Part shown: positions 1 to 13,175 of the stretch, one piece after another
Layout of the letters: each line of letters opens with the position of its first letter
Position numbering within the stretch: the stretch's first letter is position 1
DNA from: Octopus bimaculoides
Lineage: Eukaryota
Length of the DNA: 64,000 nt
Assembly: GCF_001194135.2 (NCBI RefSeq)
Contig: NC_068999.1
Span: forward strand, 30,363,369-30,427,368
Direction of reading: 5' to 3'
The notes under the pieces: generated by a model
Seen by the model: only the letters and a program-made list of their open reading frames with translations
Told to the model about the DNA's origin: nothing
The model's database searches: none
Position numbers and translations under genes: made by a program

Positions 1-829
1 ATATATATATATATATATATACCATAAAAAGTCAGGATGTGTGAGAGGTGATTGTATTTATTTTTAACCACTTGATATGTTTATAGGCATTTTACAGCCT
101 TCATCATGTAATAAAAATTTCAGTGTATAATAAATTATTTTACATTTCTGCACCAAAATGCATGTCATATATTTCACAGTACAATTGCACAATTACAGAT
201 CAATGCAAATATAGAAAGCTAGCTCTTTAGATCATCAGACCATCATAGTTACACCAATGCTTCAATTCTGCATATGCATAATATACAAAATCTGCATATA
301 CAAAATCATCTTTTTATATATACAATGTATGGAAGACTGATAATTGATAAAATCTATTTGGTATTGCCATTAAAGAATAATGTAATTAAATAAATTTGTA
401 TGTTGATTAAGATGCTGGATCTAAGTTTAGGGACTTGATCATCCTTAATGTAAACAAAAGACAAGAAAGGGATAGGAGAGAAAGGAAAGTAGTTGGATTA
501 AATAAAAAATGTATATGTTCACTGTGTTTAAAAATACATATAAACAATGAAGTAAAATACGATATACATGAATTCAGAGGGGAATAGACAACTGGAGATA
601 TGAACATAAAACCAAGGAAAGTTTTGGACAACTGTTATTTTCAAATAAGGTTAAAGGTTAGATGGTGCTTCAATAAACTGTATTGAAGTTAACACACTTA
701 GCTAAGGGGCAGCTTCCTATGAGCATTAATATATTAAAAATAAAGATAAACAATCACACATGCATAGCTGTATATTCATGCTTCTGTTAATGAACTTGCA
801 TACCATACAAAAACAAGCATTAATTAGAG

Positions 830-867
<38 letters not shown>

Positions 868-1426
868 ATCTATAATAGTAAAAGCGAAATTCTGCTTGTC
901 TGTCTCAGACCCCTGTATCTCAGTCTACATTTGCTCTACATAGACATATTATACCATTTTGGAATCAGGATGATCCCGGGATTGAAAATCTGCCCTTCAT
1001 TTGGTTCTTGACCATTTAGCATGGGGTTTTGATTTAAAAGCATTTGGGTTGCTATCTCTAGCAGGTAAAGCTTGGCTGATTCATGCCATTTTGGTGGTGT
1101 TTGTCAAATGATGTCTGAGATCGAGGGGGAGATAAATGACATTTGCTTTGTTAATTTTATATTGAGATAAGAACTTTGGGTCAAATTGGCCAATGATTAG
1201 AAATCAACTTGGGACTGGAACAATAGAATGATCGCATTACAGAATTCTCACCTGTCCTTAGCCTCTGATTAAACACCACTGGGGCGTATAGTCATTGTAG
1301 ATGTATTATAGTTATGCTATCTAGCTCTCTTTAGTTTTGAGCTGCAGGTCCAATTAGCCCTCTGCAGGAACCAGCTTAAAAGTCTACACAGAGTGAAACT
1401 TTTAAGCTGGTATATGTATATATATA

Positions 1427-2065
1427 TCATCATCATCATACATCCACATTCCATGCTGGCATAGAAGGCTGCACCAGGCTCCAATCTGATCTGGCAAGGT
1501 TTCCACAGCTGGATGCCCTTCCTCATGCCAACCACTCTGAAAGTGTAGTGGTGCTTTTTATGTGCCACTAGTATGGGAGAAGGTCAGCTAGCATTGGCAT
1601 CGACCACGATCGAATGGTGTTTTTTATGTGCCACTGGCATGGGTGCCAATCAGGTGGCACTGGCATTGATCACACTTGAACAGTGCTTTTTACATGGCAC
1701 GGGAGCTAGGTAGGCGACACTGGCATCGACCACACTGAAATCGTGCTTTTTCTGTGCCACCAGCACAGGTGCCAGTCAAGCAACACTGGCATCAGTCACG
1801 CTGGAATGGAGCTTTTTACGTGCCACTGGGCATGTGTGCCAGTCAGATGGCACTGGCATTGGCCATGATTATGATCTCACTTGGCCCAGCAGGTTTTTTC
1901 AAGCACAACATATTGCCCAATGATTGAAGGGGTACCTTTAAATGACCCAGTTGTGAACACTGACATTGGCCACAGCTATGATCTCACTTGACTTGCTGGG
2001 TCTTCTCAAAGGTCTCAGTTACTTGTCATTTGCCTCTGTGAGGCCCAACATTCAAAGGTTATGCT
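1427..2065 (-). mobile_element. SINE with (GAT)n tail and an internal array of about five 60-70 bp units
   Basis: Shares the ccatgctggcat / caggctccaatctgat / cagctggatgcccttcct..gccaaccact core with copies at 4611, 25460, 27650, 38195, 53800 and 56575. Confidence 0.75.
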
Positions 2066-2100
<35 letters not shown>

Positions 2101-3059
2101 TTATCAATTTGTGTTGCAAGATTCCTAATGTGAAATCGTGTGTTGGAACAGATATTGCTGTATTTTGGGATTGTTTTTTTTTTTTTTTTTTTTGCTAAAT
2201 AAACACACGCACTATATGTTTATTCTTCACTTGCTTATTACTGTTTTTTTTAAAAATTTTAACTCGTGTCCATTGTCTGGAAATCTTTCGTCACACATCT
2301 GTGTGCTCTTGCTCCACTTACTCCATTCTCTTCTTCTAAGATGTGTATTGTTATGTGTGCATGCGTTTTCACCCATGTTTGTGTGCATGCGTGTGTGTGT
2401 GTATACTTGTGTGTGTGTCATTGTTCTTAGCAGCAGTATGGCCTTCCCCTCAGCCCCATCCTCTCACTGCCTTGTGCTGCTCCTGTCCTAAGACCCGAAG
2501 ATTTGGTACAGTTCCTGTATCTCCCTGTGTTTGTGTGTTTGCCCACGGTGTTGCCATTGTGGTAGTTGTTGTTGTTCTTGCCATCGGTGTCACCACCGCT
2601 GCTGCTGTCATTGTTATTCATGTTGTTGATATTGTTGTGGCCGTTTGTGAAATTTCTTGTTGTGTGTGTATGGGTTCGCTCCATGTGTTGTTTGTATCAT
2701 GCCCTTTATATGGATTTATTTATTTATTTTATCTGTCTCTATTTCTTATATTTATCACAGGTATGTGATCAATATGTAATTTTTATTTATTTATTTTTTA
2801 ATTTTTATATCTCTATTTCTTATATATATCACAGGTAAGTGCATATGTCTGTTGTGTGTGTATTACCCTGTATGTATCTATGTATTATCTATGATTACTT
2901 TTTCCTCTCTCTTCTCTTCCCTTCTGTCTTTAGTCATGTGGTGTGGAGGTGGGTGTTACTGTTCCATTCATGTTTTCTATTGAGGCTCGGTTTGTCTTCT
3001 GCTATGTGTATAGTCTCTGTGATCTGTCAGTGTCGTGTCAGTTCTATGTGTCAATAATA

Positions 3060-4545
3060 CTTTAACCTCTATGCTATTAATCGAGCCTCCATGTTCTTCC
3101 TAAACATGTTGGTAGAGCAGTGATGAGCTCTTTGAGCTCTCACCAATGTTCACCTACAAGCTCTCCTATGCTCTATGCAATCTCTCCAGTGTAGGTAGTT
3201 ATGTTTCTGCACTGTCCCTCAGTACATCATTAACTTCATTCCTAATCTTACAGTTAACCTGTGAGTTCATCCTACATACAACACAGTAGTACTCCATACC
3301 AGGGGACTTATCAATGGGGTAGGTACTACAGATCAAGGATTTTATAGGGACACCAGGCTTCTCTACTACTTTAATCTGTATATTAGCCTTACTTAATGTT
3401 TTTCTAAACAGGTATGCTAGTTTGCCGCCAAGGGTAGCATTGATGAACATGACACTCTGGTAGTTTTTGTTGTCACACCAAGTATTGGCCTTATTTATCT
3501 TATTACTGGTCCTTTCTGTGCTGTTCCAGGATTTACTCCTGAACAGCAAACAGATCCCCTTAGCATCACTCTCTATGATGGCTTTGTACTTAGTCCTGGC
3601 ACCTTTGTACACTCTAATCCTGTCCCTTTGATTTTAGCCAGAGAACTACATGTAGTGGAAGAAGTAAGTGTTGTATGTGTCTTTCCAATTCCATAGGATC
3701 GCACATGCGAGACACATTCCTCATCACTCTCATTAAGTCAGCTATAAGAATGTTGAACTTGGTGTTGTCTGCACTTGCTGTGTTCTTGTGAACAAGGTAC
3801 TTAGAGGCCATGGGTTTGGCATAATGAGAAGGATCTGGACCCTGTCATTCTTCGTTTCTAGCCAGAGTACTGTGTCTAAAGCAGGTAATCTATAGTTTGG
3901 GTGCTTACTAGGGTGGTCTATCATTAGTTCAATGCTCTGGTGGATGGAGTTAGCTATTTGCTGGATGCTCTCCATAGTGTTAGCTTCTAGATCATCAACA
4001 TTGTCTTGTAGGGGTGCTTTGGCTATTATGTTGATATCATCCACGTAGCAGGAGTACATGGTTAGGTTTATGGAGTTCTTTGCTAATTTCCCTTTAAGTC
4101 TTCTATCCCACCATACCATAAATAGGTTAACCATATTGCCAGCAATACTGACACCAATGGCTGCACCTTCCTCTTGGGCATATATCTTGTTATTAAACTT
4201 AAATATATGGCCCTTGTGTGTGGTGTTGCTACTCGCACCCACCACATGTGTGACCATCTTAACCTGATCATTTTTTTCAGGGTCTTCTTGGCCATAGAAG
4301 TTATAGTAGAGGGTTTACCGCTTATTGATCTAGTGGAGCAGAAACAACTAAGGTCATGTTTGTCTAAATAATCATTGTCACGTGTCAGTCTCAGGAGGAG
4401 GCCTAGTTCTTCTGTGTCAATACCATGGAACTCCTCATTTTATGGTCCTTGTATAGTCCATACAGTGCCAGGATGTCGTTGGTGGTGGCCTGGAAGTTGT
4501 TGGCTGTGCACTTCTTTGCTCCTAGGATATTTGACCACATCATTA
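3060..4545 (-). mobile_element. Degraded Penelope-like retroelement (RT plus C-terminal GIY-YIG endonuclease)
   Basis: Minus-strand frames give FKFNNKIYAQEEGAAIGVSIAG..NLFMVWWD, YVDDI and LPALD. They are followed by a Cys cluster (YYCVVC..NC) and a YTGE..EH-like segment near 3190. Multiple stops and frameshifts. Confidence 0.8.
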
Positions 4546-4610
4546 TATAAGCACTGAGGATCTTCTCTCTCTTCTCATACTCCCGTATCGTTTTATTTAT
4601 ATATATATAT

Positions 4611-4762
4611 ATCATCATCATCGTTTAACGTCCGCTTTCCATGCTAGCATGGGTTGGACGACTTGACTGAGGACTGGTGAAACCGGATGGCAACACCAGG
4701 CTCCAATCTAAATTTGGCAGAGTTTCTACAGCTGGATGCCCTTCTTAACGCCAACCACTCAG
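4611..4762 (-). mobile_element. Young SINE 3' portion with (GAT)n tail
   Basis: Near-identical to 56575-56725, and 94/99 identical to the reverse complement of 25482-25580. Confidence 0.85.
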
Positions 4763-4780
4763 ATATATATATATATATAG

Positions 4781-5071
4781 GTGCAGGAGTGGCTGCATGG
4801 TAAGAAGCTTGCTTCCTAGCCACATGGTTCCGGGTTTAGTGCCATTGTGTGGCACCTTGGGCAGCTATCTTCTATTCTAGCCTTGGGCCGACCAAAGCCT
4901 TGTTAGTAGATTTGGTAGACAGAAACTGAAAGAAGCCTGTTGCATATGTATGTATATATATCTGTGTGTGTAGAAAAATAAGTACGAGGATTGATTCATT
5001 TGACTAAAGATTCAAGATGGTGCCCCAGCATAGCTGCAGTCTAATGACAGAAACAAGTAAAAGATAAAAGA

Positions 5072-5075
<4 letters not shown>
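4781..5075 (+). mobile_element. SINE with tRNA-like head (tggtaagaagcttgcttcc..ggttccgggtttagtgcc) and an AAAGATA-type tail
   Basis: Head and body recur at about 21096, 46950 and 57570 (+) and at 34325 and 41350 (-). A-box/B-box-like spacing. Confidence 0.7.
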
Positions 5076-5101
<26 letters not shown>

Positions 5102-5103
<2 letters not shown>

Positions 5104-5211
5104 GGGTGTCCACAAAGGCTGGGTACATGGGGATTAACACATTCTTTAAGAAATTATTATTTCTTATATTTAATCGTTTACTCCATGTACCCAGACTTTG
5201 TGGACACCCTG
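5102..5211. mobile_element. 110-bp Tc1/mariner-type MITE
   Basis: 29-bp TIRs at 5102-5130 and 5183-5211 (27/29 match; cagggtgtccacaaagtctgggtacatgg), flanked by TA. Confidence 0.85.
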
Positions 5212-6351
5212 TATATGTTTATGCACACACACACACCCATATGTATATATACATACACAATGTATACACAGTATATCGGCCCCGTAGCTAGGTATGTTGA
5301 CTCCAGCATCTTTATTGATAACATACAAATTTATTTATTATTTACATTTATTCTTAACTAGCAATACCAATCTAATTTTATCTATCATCAGTCTTCCATA
5401 TATTGTATATATAAAGGATGCTTTTGTATGTATATGCAGAGTTGAGGCTTTAGTATAACCATGGTGGTCTGGTGATCTGAAGAGCTAGCCTTCTACATTT
5501 GCATTCATTTGTGATTGTGCAATGTATAACGTGCACATTGTTGCAGATATATAAGCTACTTTATTATACATTGCAGTTATTATTACATGATGAAGGCTAT
5601 GAAATGGCCATAATCCTATGAATATCAAGTGGTTTAATAAGTCATGCCTCCTGACTTTTTTGATCTGTGCACTCCTCATGAAATAATTTTTTCATAGATT
5701 GGATCTCCTGGATTTCAGCTGCATAAAACTCTACTCCCCCATCTTGGATTATACACTTCCATTTTGGATTACTATGTGATATACTATGTGGAATACTAAA
5801 GGAGTTTTTCTGTGATTACCACAGGATTCCATGCATCCATATATTACACTAAAAGTGTATATGCATGCATATACCCGCCCCCCATAAAGTGGAAAGTAAA
5901 ATAGTGTAAAACACTTATTCAACAATACTAACATTTGTGTGTGAGAGTCTACATAGAATGCATTGTATGTATATAAACATTTCTCAGTGTATATTTGTAA
6001 ATTTATGAAGTACTGTAGCATACCTCCAGTTAAGTAATTCAGTTTCATTATTTTATTATTCTTGTTGTGCCATCATTGAAGTTGTCTGTCACCACATCAC
6101 CTTTTAATACTCTCATTACATCAAAGCTATTACAAATTTCAATTCATGATCTCTCTGATGTATTATCAAAATTACTCATTGTAGACCATATGCCATAAGT
6201 AGTTTTGTTGTTGACAGTCAAGTTGTCTATATTGCTGGCAGTTGAATTGCCTATTCTGGTGGCAGTCAAGTTAAAATTAGTAGACCAATGTATTTTGTTC
6301 CTATTTCTTCCAGTTTAAATCCTATTTATTTTTCTTTTTAATTCTTTTCAG

Positions 6352-6426
6352 CTTTATCCCAAACCAGAATTCTTGAAACTGCTTCAGTCTGTTGGTGCGA
6401 CAGGGAAAGCTTTTAGCATCTCTGAG
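6352..6426 (+). CDS. MDM2: MDM2 exon, SWIB-1 part a: LYPKPEFLKLLQSVGATGKAFSISE (75 nt, phase 0-0)
   Basis: ttttcag acceptor and GAG|gtaatt donor. Aligns ungapped with human [25 protein letters not shown]. Confidence 0.95.
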
Positions 6427-9400
6427 GTAATTCTTTATTTGGTACTTATAGTTTTAGAATCAGCCTTAAAATATGAGTGGTGGGTAATAGATTAAGTCAA
6501 CTGTTTATTTTGCATGTTTATACTGGCTGAGTCCTAGCAGTACCTACTTGTTAGGTCAATCCATCTTTTATTGTAATGTTTTGTGATATAACGACGGTTT
6601 CTTTATTACTTCAACCATTTCTTTCCTGAGCTTGCTCTGCAAAGAAGTGGCTAACCCAAGAGAGAAATTAATTTAAATCAGGCTTTAATTTACTACAAGT
6701 TCCAATATCTACCAGTAAACTGTTGAGAAAGTAGTTTGTAAGAGTATTATAGCAGCGGTAACAGATAGTAATTGCAGCTTTTTGTGATAATTCAGTTACC
6801 ATTTCTTTTGCTATTCGAATGAAACATTATTTGTTATATTATAGAATCATTATATTCTTCTCCCCTCTACAAATATATAAAAAAAACTCCATCAACATCA
6901 TCATTGTTTTTACATCCAGTTTATCATGCTTGCATAAGTCAGTGTTTATAGAGACAGATTTTCTATGGCCTGATGCCCTTCCTGTTACCAATCCTCACTT
7001 GTTTCCAAGCAAGGTAATATTTCCCCATGACCAGACATGTTTTGCTGTTTTTCTAGGAAAAAAAAAATGCTCCTGAAGTAACTCAGTTGGTGGTTGTATA
7101 CTCTAAGGATTCCAATGAATGTCAGATACAATAGATTGCCATGTGAGGATAAGTAGATTTTTAGTGTCTAGAGCTAATGTCAGATTTTTTTGTAGACTGC
7201 CTATTTCTGGTGGCTGATATTGAGTTAGTTAGCTATTTAAAACACTTTTATGCCAGAAAGACTTCATTTAAGAAGGTATGAAAGAAATTTTGGAAGCTGA
7301 GTGGATATATCTTGGCAAATTGAAAATAAGTCATGTCATCAAGTGACAAATGACAGTTAGTGGAGAAATGTGAAATCCAACAGCACTCTCTCTATACCTG
7401 TTACATGTACTCAATACACTGTATCAAGCTCCTGCTCATTCCCTTCTGACATATTGAGCAAAGTAACTCCTATGATTACTTATTCAGTTGACCTTTAGAT
7501 CTTTGGATTTTAGGCCATTTTACTTAATCTAAAAAATTTTCTGCAGCTCTTCAATAGATTCTGCTATATGACTTGGTTACAAAGGAGCCTAAGAGTTTTT
7601 AAGATTCCAGTCCAGAACTTTGGCTTTAATAGTTTCAAGAACTAAAATATTTGAATTACAATGTATTCGTAAAGGCTGTAATTCAAATTACTACATTACA
7701 GCAACATCAAAAGATGGTTCTGCAGAATCATGCTTTTGAGCCTTTCTGTACCTCACATAAAGCCATGACATTAACATTAGTATTGGCTGTAGAACCAGTT
7801 TTTGTAGTGTTATGTTTAGTAAGTGGAAATTTTTGAAACAGTAATTTGTCTTTCTGTTTTTCAGATCATTCGTTACTTGAAGAAATACATATCATCCCAC
7901 ATGTTGTATGATCCTCTCAAGCCCTGGTTGGTTCACTGCAGTAATGATAAATTGGGCAAAGTTTTTCGTCGCAATCATTTCACCGTTGTTGATGTCAGGT
8001 GAGACAGTTAACAAAGGCAACAAGCATTGTGCTGCCATCTTCATGCTGCACTGTGCCACTTCCCTTTATATTGTACTGTATCACCTTCTTTACATTATTA
8101 GATTCAATGCAGATGGAGAAGGAAAATTTCAAGCAGTGTAGTTATATAGTGGTCTGTATTAGAAAATGCACCATACCTTAAAATATATTTAAATGTCAAT
8201 GTAAAATGTATAAAATTATATATAAAACTAAGTAAGTACACAAACACATGCACGTGTATACAGGCTAAATAAAGTAGGATTACAACCAGGATAAAAGATG
8301 TGTGGCAGGTCATACATAAAATATTTGAATGGCTTCAAGAAGTAATGTGCTTGCCTACATCAATTTCATCATTGTATAAAGACAAGGAATTTGCTAGACT
8401 GAATCCTTTTCTTGAAGGACAGTCAACAGGTAACTATGTTTTTTCTCCACTCCACCTTTCAGATTTTGATCAAGTTGTTAATTAAATGTCATCATATTCT
8501 GTTCAATGCTACAGTTTAGATATCTCTTAATTAATTTATAAGATAATGAATCATTGTCATTTTTTTATATTTTGTGTATTGTGTACTGCTTTATTCAGTA
8601 CTGAGTATTTGTTGTGAAAAAATGTATAATGCTACATAAACGTTCTCTTTAAGTTACTTGTATATTTTTAAGCTTGCTCTTAATTATTACTCGTATATAA
8701 TTATACAGAGTTTTTCAAACTTAATTTCAACCTAGCTGGATCTCATTTGGCTTCAGTGCAATCAGAATCAGCCAAACTCACTGACATAAATTAAATGGTG
8801 TATGTATGTTGATGTGTGTTTACAAATGCATATTTGTGTGTGTGTATGTACAATATGTGTATTTGTATATATGTATACCATTATCATCATTTAATGTCCA
8901 TCTTCCCTACTGGCCTGGGTTGGGTAGTTTGAGAGTTGGAGGATAGCACTGAAGTCCAACATCTGCTTTTGCATGGTTTCTATTGACTGGATCTCCTCTC
9001 CAACGCCATCCCAGTCTACAGAGTATACTGGGTGCTTTTTCTTTTTTTTTTGAAGTTGCCAAGTAAATTATAAAACAAAATAGCCTCTCGACTGAGTGGG
9101 AGTAATAGTGTTCTTCTTTGCCTCCTTAATGATGGGATTTATTTGCAACAACCAGAGTAGCTTTTCCTGGACACTCATATTGATGCACTCATTGACATGT
9201 AGATATACTATTAATTTCTTGGCATTGATGACCTACAAGATCTTCAACATCTAACAGAGAGATCTCTTGAAACTAGTCAAATCTGGCTGAGTTTGCTTCT
9301 TTTGAGATAAAACAGTCCTTGGCAAGTTTCTAGAGCTTTTTCATGCTTTTTTGCTCCAGATCATTTGAAAATGTTTTACTAGCCTCTCCAGCAGCAGTGA

Positions 9401-12400
9401 GCATTTGCGCCAGATGGTCCTGGAGTAGATCCTGCTTGAGCTTTTGCTATTACTGCCCTTACTTTTTCAAGAGTGAAATTTTATGGAAAAGGACAATTCC
9501 CTCATGAAATATTTATTCTGAAGTTACTATGCACTGCTTCCTCGGAATATATCTACTGTCTACTTTTCGCCTTGCCAAAGAGGTCAGCTGTGAGCTGGAG
9601 TGGGTTGTTACAAAAAGCTCCCTCCCCCTCTCTTTCTCTCTCTCTCCTAGAGCATATCTACCAGAATTCTGAGCTCTGCTGGTTTAAGGCTGCTTTGCCC
9701 TGTACCATCTGTTTTCTTTCCTGTTTTCCTTAAGCTGTTTTTGCTCTTTCTCCAGTTTTGTGTTTTGAAGAAAGATAGAGAGAGAGAGAGAGAGCAGAAG
9801 AAGGTTTACTGAAGCCATGTCATTTATTGATATTTTTCTTTCTTTCAAACGAAAGGAGTGATTGATTGGCTTTTTTTTATGAAATGACTATTTCTTTAGA
9901 ATTGTGCTGTCAGAATAACCTTTAATCTTAAGCATGGCAGATTCTGTTCTTAAGCAGTTTAGTTTCCATGGTAGGGGAGATAGCTGTTCATTGCTAAGGT
10001 TATTTTTAAGCCTGTTGGAGTGTCATTGACTGATGCATTCTTATGTCTAATAATAAATGAATTCACTTTCAAAGATTTGTTGTGTGTTTCATGTTGACAA
10101 TTATATTTTGGGTTACGGGTAAAAATCTGGTTGATTAAATTTGTAATCCAGTTTTGATTCTTAGTTGTAGCATTTTTCAAATATTTTGTAATTCACATGA
10201 AGAGCCTGACTATGTAAGAAATCAATATTTTCTGATATTGTTTATTATTTGATTTCACTTTTAATTTCTTCTTTACTATTAAGTTATTGTAGAAATCTAA
10301 TTGTTGTTTTTTTTTAAAATTTTCGTTGTAGAGGTCTGCTTTACCAAAATGTTACATTTTCAAATAAATCAAACAGTTTTAACAGCAATGAGGTAAGACT
10401 TCGTATCATATATTTGACAATTTTATAATTGGTCTTAGATAATATTTATACTATAAGTCTTTTGTTATATTTAATAAAATTGGTAACTTTTGGGGTTGAT
10501 TTAGTCTTTGAATAGAAATGTTAATAATATAATTTTGGTGAGTGGGTGATACATTAACTGTCTGAGTTGATTAAGTTATCTGTAGTTGGTCACTTGGTCA
10601 GATAACATAATCCTGTTTGCTGGGTTGAAACACATCTTTCACTTCTATGATTACATTTATCTTTCGCTTGCATAATCACATTTAGAAGTTGATGATTCAT
10701 CATGAAAATATTATGAAGGTGAGTGGTGGTAGAGTGTAGTTGAAGTATGAGTGATTATAGGGTGTAGTTTGGGATGAGAGTGATGGGAGAGTGTAGTTGA
10801 ATGTGAATGATGGTGGTAGTATTATTGATTTGACTCAGACCAGCTCTAAGTAGGCCTATTATCAAAGGCCATAACCATCCTGTCTTTCTCCTATTTGGAA
10901 GGTATCTGGGACTACATTCAGTATGTCAATTTTTTAAAACCTAGGGTGTGATTCTTCTGCTATTATGAGGAGATTGAGCAACTCTATGTAGAAGTTCAGT
11001 CATTAAGTGTAGTGATAGTGTAGTGGCCACATGTAACGATCGCACTACATTGGTTGATCTGTTTTATTAACAGAAATTGCTGAAATTTAATTTCTATATA
11101 AGTTAATAGAATACTTAGTTGCATGATGGTGATGGTTTACTATTGTTGAGAAAGAGTAAGAATGAGAGAAGTAATATATACCAATTAATAGTGTAGAGTG
11201 GGCTACTGAGGATTGCATAAATATACATAAATATACAATCAGTATCTTTTAATGTCAATTTTATAAGCTGGGATGGGTTGGACAGCCCTGACACATTTGA
11301 GGACATAGATCATGTTCCAATGGTCTGCTTTGGTATGGTTTCTACAGCGAGATGCCCTTCCTACACCAATCACTTTACAAAGTGTACGAGTGCTTTTTCT
11401 GTGGCTCCAGCACAAGTAAGATCACCATGTAGCCGGCAAGATTAAGATCCCTTCAGCTAATTGGGACTACTGAGATGGAAGTTGCTTTACGCTAGGAGAT
11501 AAGAGGTTAAATAATGAGACAAATGACTGGAACAGAAGTTTTTTGTTGAGGAGCAACATGGCTACTCACATTATAGAAGACAGAGAGAGAGTAGGTGTAA
11601 CAAGGATGGAGTTGGAGAGATAAAATAGTGATGATGAAATGTCAGGTTAGTCCCTCAAGTTAGGAGGTGAGCAGAAGTGAATGGGGACAGAAGAAAATGG
11701 TGTGTTGGTGCATAGAGGGTGTGGATATAATTAATGAAAAACAAATGTAATGTGATAAATATACATTGAATGGAAGAGTAGTTGATAACTGTAGAGTTGA
11801 GTAGGGTTGATATAATGATTGCTGGATAAGGGGTAAGGGTGATCAGGGATACATGTGAGTTGGGGTGATAGGGTAGATTAGGAAATAACTGACAGTACTA
11901 AAAGAGGTGAAGAGCAGCAGACAGGTAGAGGATGAAAGACATGAGAGATATTTTGTTGGATGGGATGCAGGGAGTGGCAGGCATTATGCATGGGGAAGGT
12001 AATAAATGTAGGGTAGTGGTGGAGAGCTAATTTGCTGACATAGAAGGGTGATTTATGTAAAATGTCAGTGGAGAGGTACAGTACTAATAATATTATTATG
12101 GATATAAAATGAAATGGTCCTGAGTGTGAGAAAGATAAGTGGTATCAGGAAAAAATTGGTGAAATATACAATTTTGATTACAATATGGAGCAAATAATTC
12201 ATGAGAAAAAAATAATTCACGGAAAGATAATTTGTGAAGATACCATTGATTCTGTTATTATCTAGTGTAACAATTTAGAAATAACAACAGAATCAATAAT
12301 ATAGGTGATTGTAGGCATATAATTGTTAAAGAGGACAACAGATGTTAAGGTAAGGCAAGCATCTCAAGTCATATACATTATTATTATAGGAAAAAAAATT

Positions 12401-13116
12401 CAAAGTTTTACAGCTGTTTCTGGGATATCCCAGAGTATGGGATATTCCCTTATCGGAGACAAATAGGGAGAATGAGAACGTTCAGTAACAGAATAGTAGT
12501 GGAGGTAGCTATTAAGTGGTAAAAATAAATAAAAATAAATAAATAGAGAGGTAAAGAGAGTGTGGGAGGAAGTTAAGGATAAAGTAAGGTATATAAAAAT
12601 ATAGTGTCTAAGACTATAGTGTACAAAAATAGCCAAGAAAATAAGAGAGAAGAGGAGGAGATAAAGGTAGATGACGTAAAAAAATATAGGGTGGTGGAGG
12701 AGAGCTAATTTAGTGACATAGAAAGGTGATTAATGTAAAATGTCAGTGGAGAGGGACAGTATTAAGAACATTTCATGTCTCCTGTACTCTGTCAACATTT
12801 CATTAATTTATACCCTTCTCATTTTCTCTATTTATCGCTGATGATAGAATATCCCAGAAACAGCTGTAAGACTTTGAATTTTTTTTCCAATAATAATAAT
12901 GTATATGACTTGAGATGTTTGCCTTGCTTTAATGTTTGTTGTCCTCTTTAACAATTATATGTCTGCTATATTCAAAATCTGCAATGGCATGGCTCCATAA
13001 CTACTATCTTCACTATAACCTCGGAGCCCTAGTAATCTGTTACAGCACTTACCTAGCATACCTAGTCGTCTAAATCACCTGTGAACTAAATCCCCATATG
13101 TTGTATATTTTTGTAT

Positions 13117-13175
<59 letters not shown>

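Noticed and set aside
869-1325. Helitron 5' end (a|TCTATAATAGTAAAAG)
   Set aside because: The start motif is suggestive, but no convincing 3' hairpin plus CTRR|T end was found.
1546-1870. CRISPR-like array (also considered for 43390-43806)
   Set aside because: Eukaryotic context, degenerate whole-unit repeats with no unique spacers, no cas genes.
2261-2310. Further hammerhead-like cores (minus strand CAGATGTG..GACGAAAG here; CTGATGA at 47424; CTGAAGA at 59155)
   Set aside because: The core is incomplete or lacks supporting stems and a GAAA at the right distance.
3085-3112. p53 response element (AAACATGTTG) analogous to the MDM2 P2 promoter
   Set aside because: Only one imperfect half-site, inside a Penelope relic; this is expected by chance.
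5440-5466. accATGG after a tgcag acceptor as the MDM2 initiator exon
   Set aside because: The only phase-0 donors (gtggtc, gtctgg) are weak and the frame stops after 4 codons. There is no homology support, so the start exon is left unidentified.
6216-6272. 2.4 copies of a 24-nt unit upstream of the first SWIB exon as a possible coding exon
   Set aside because: No phase-0 donor with an open frame, and no similarity to MDM N-termini.
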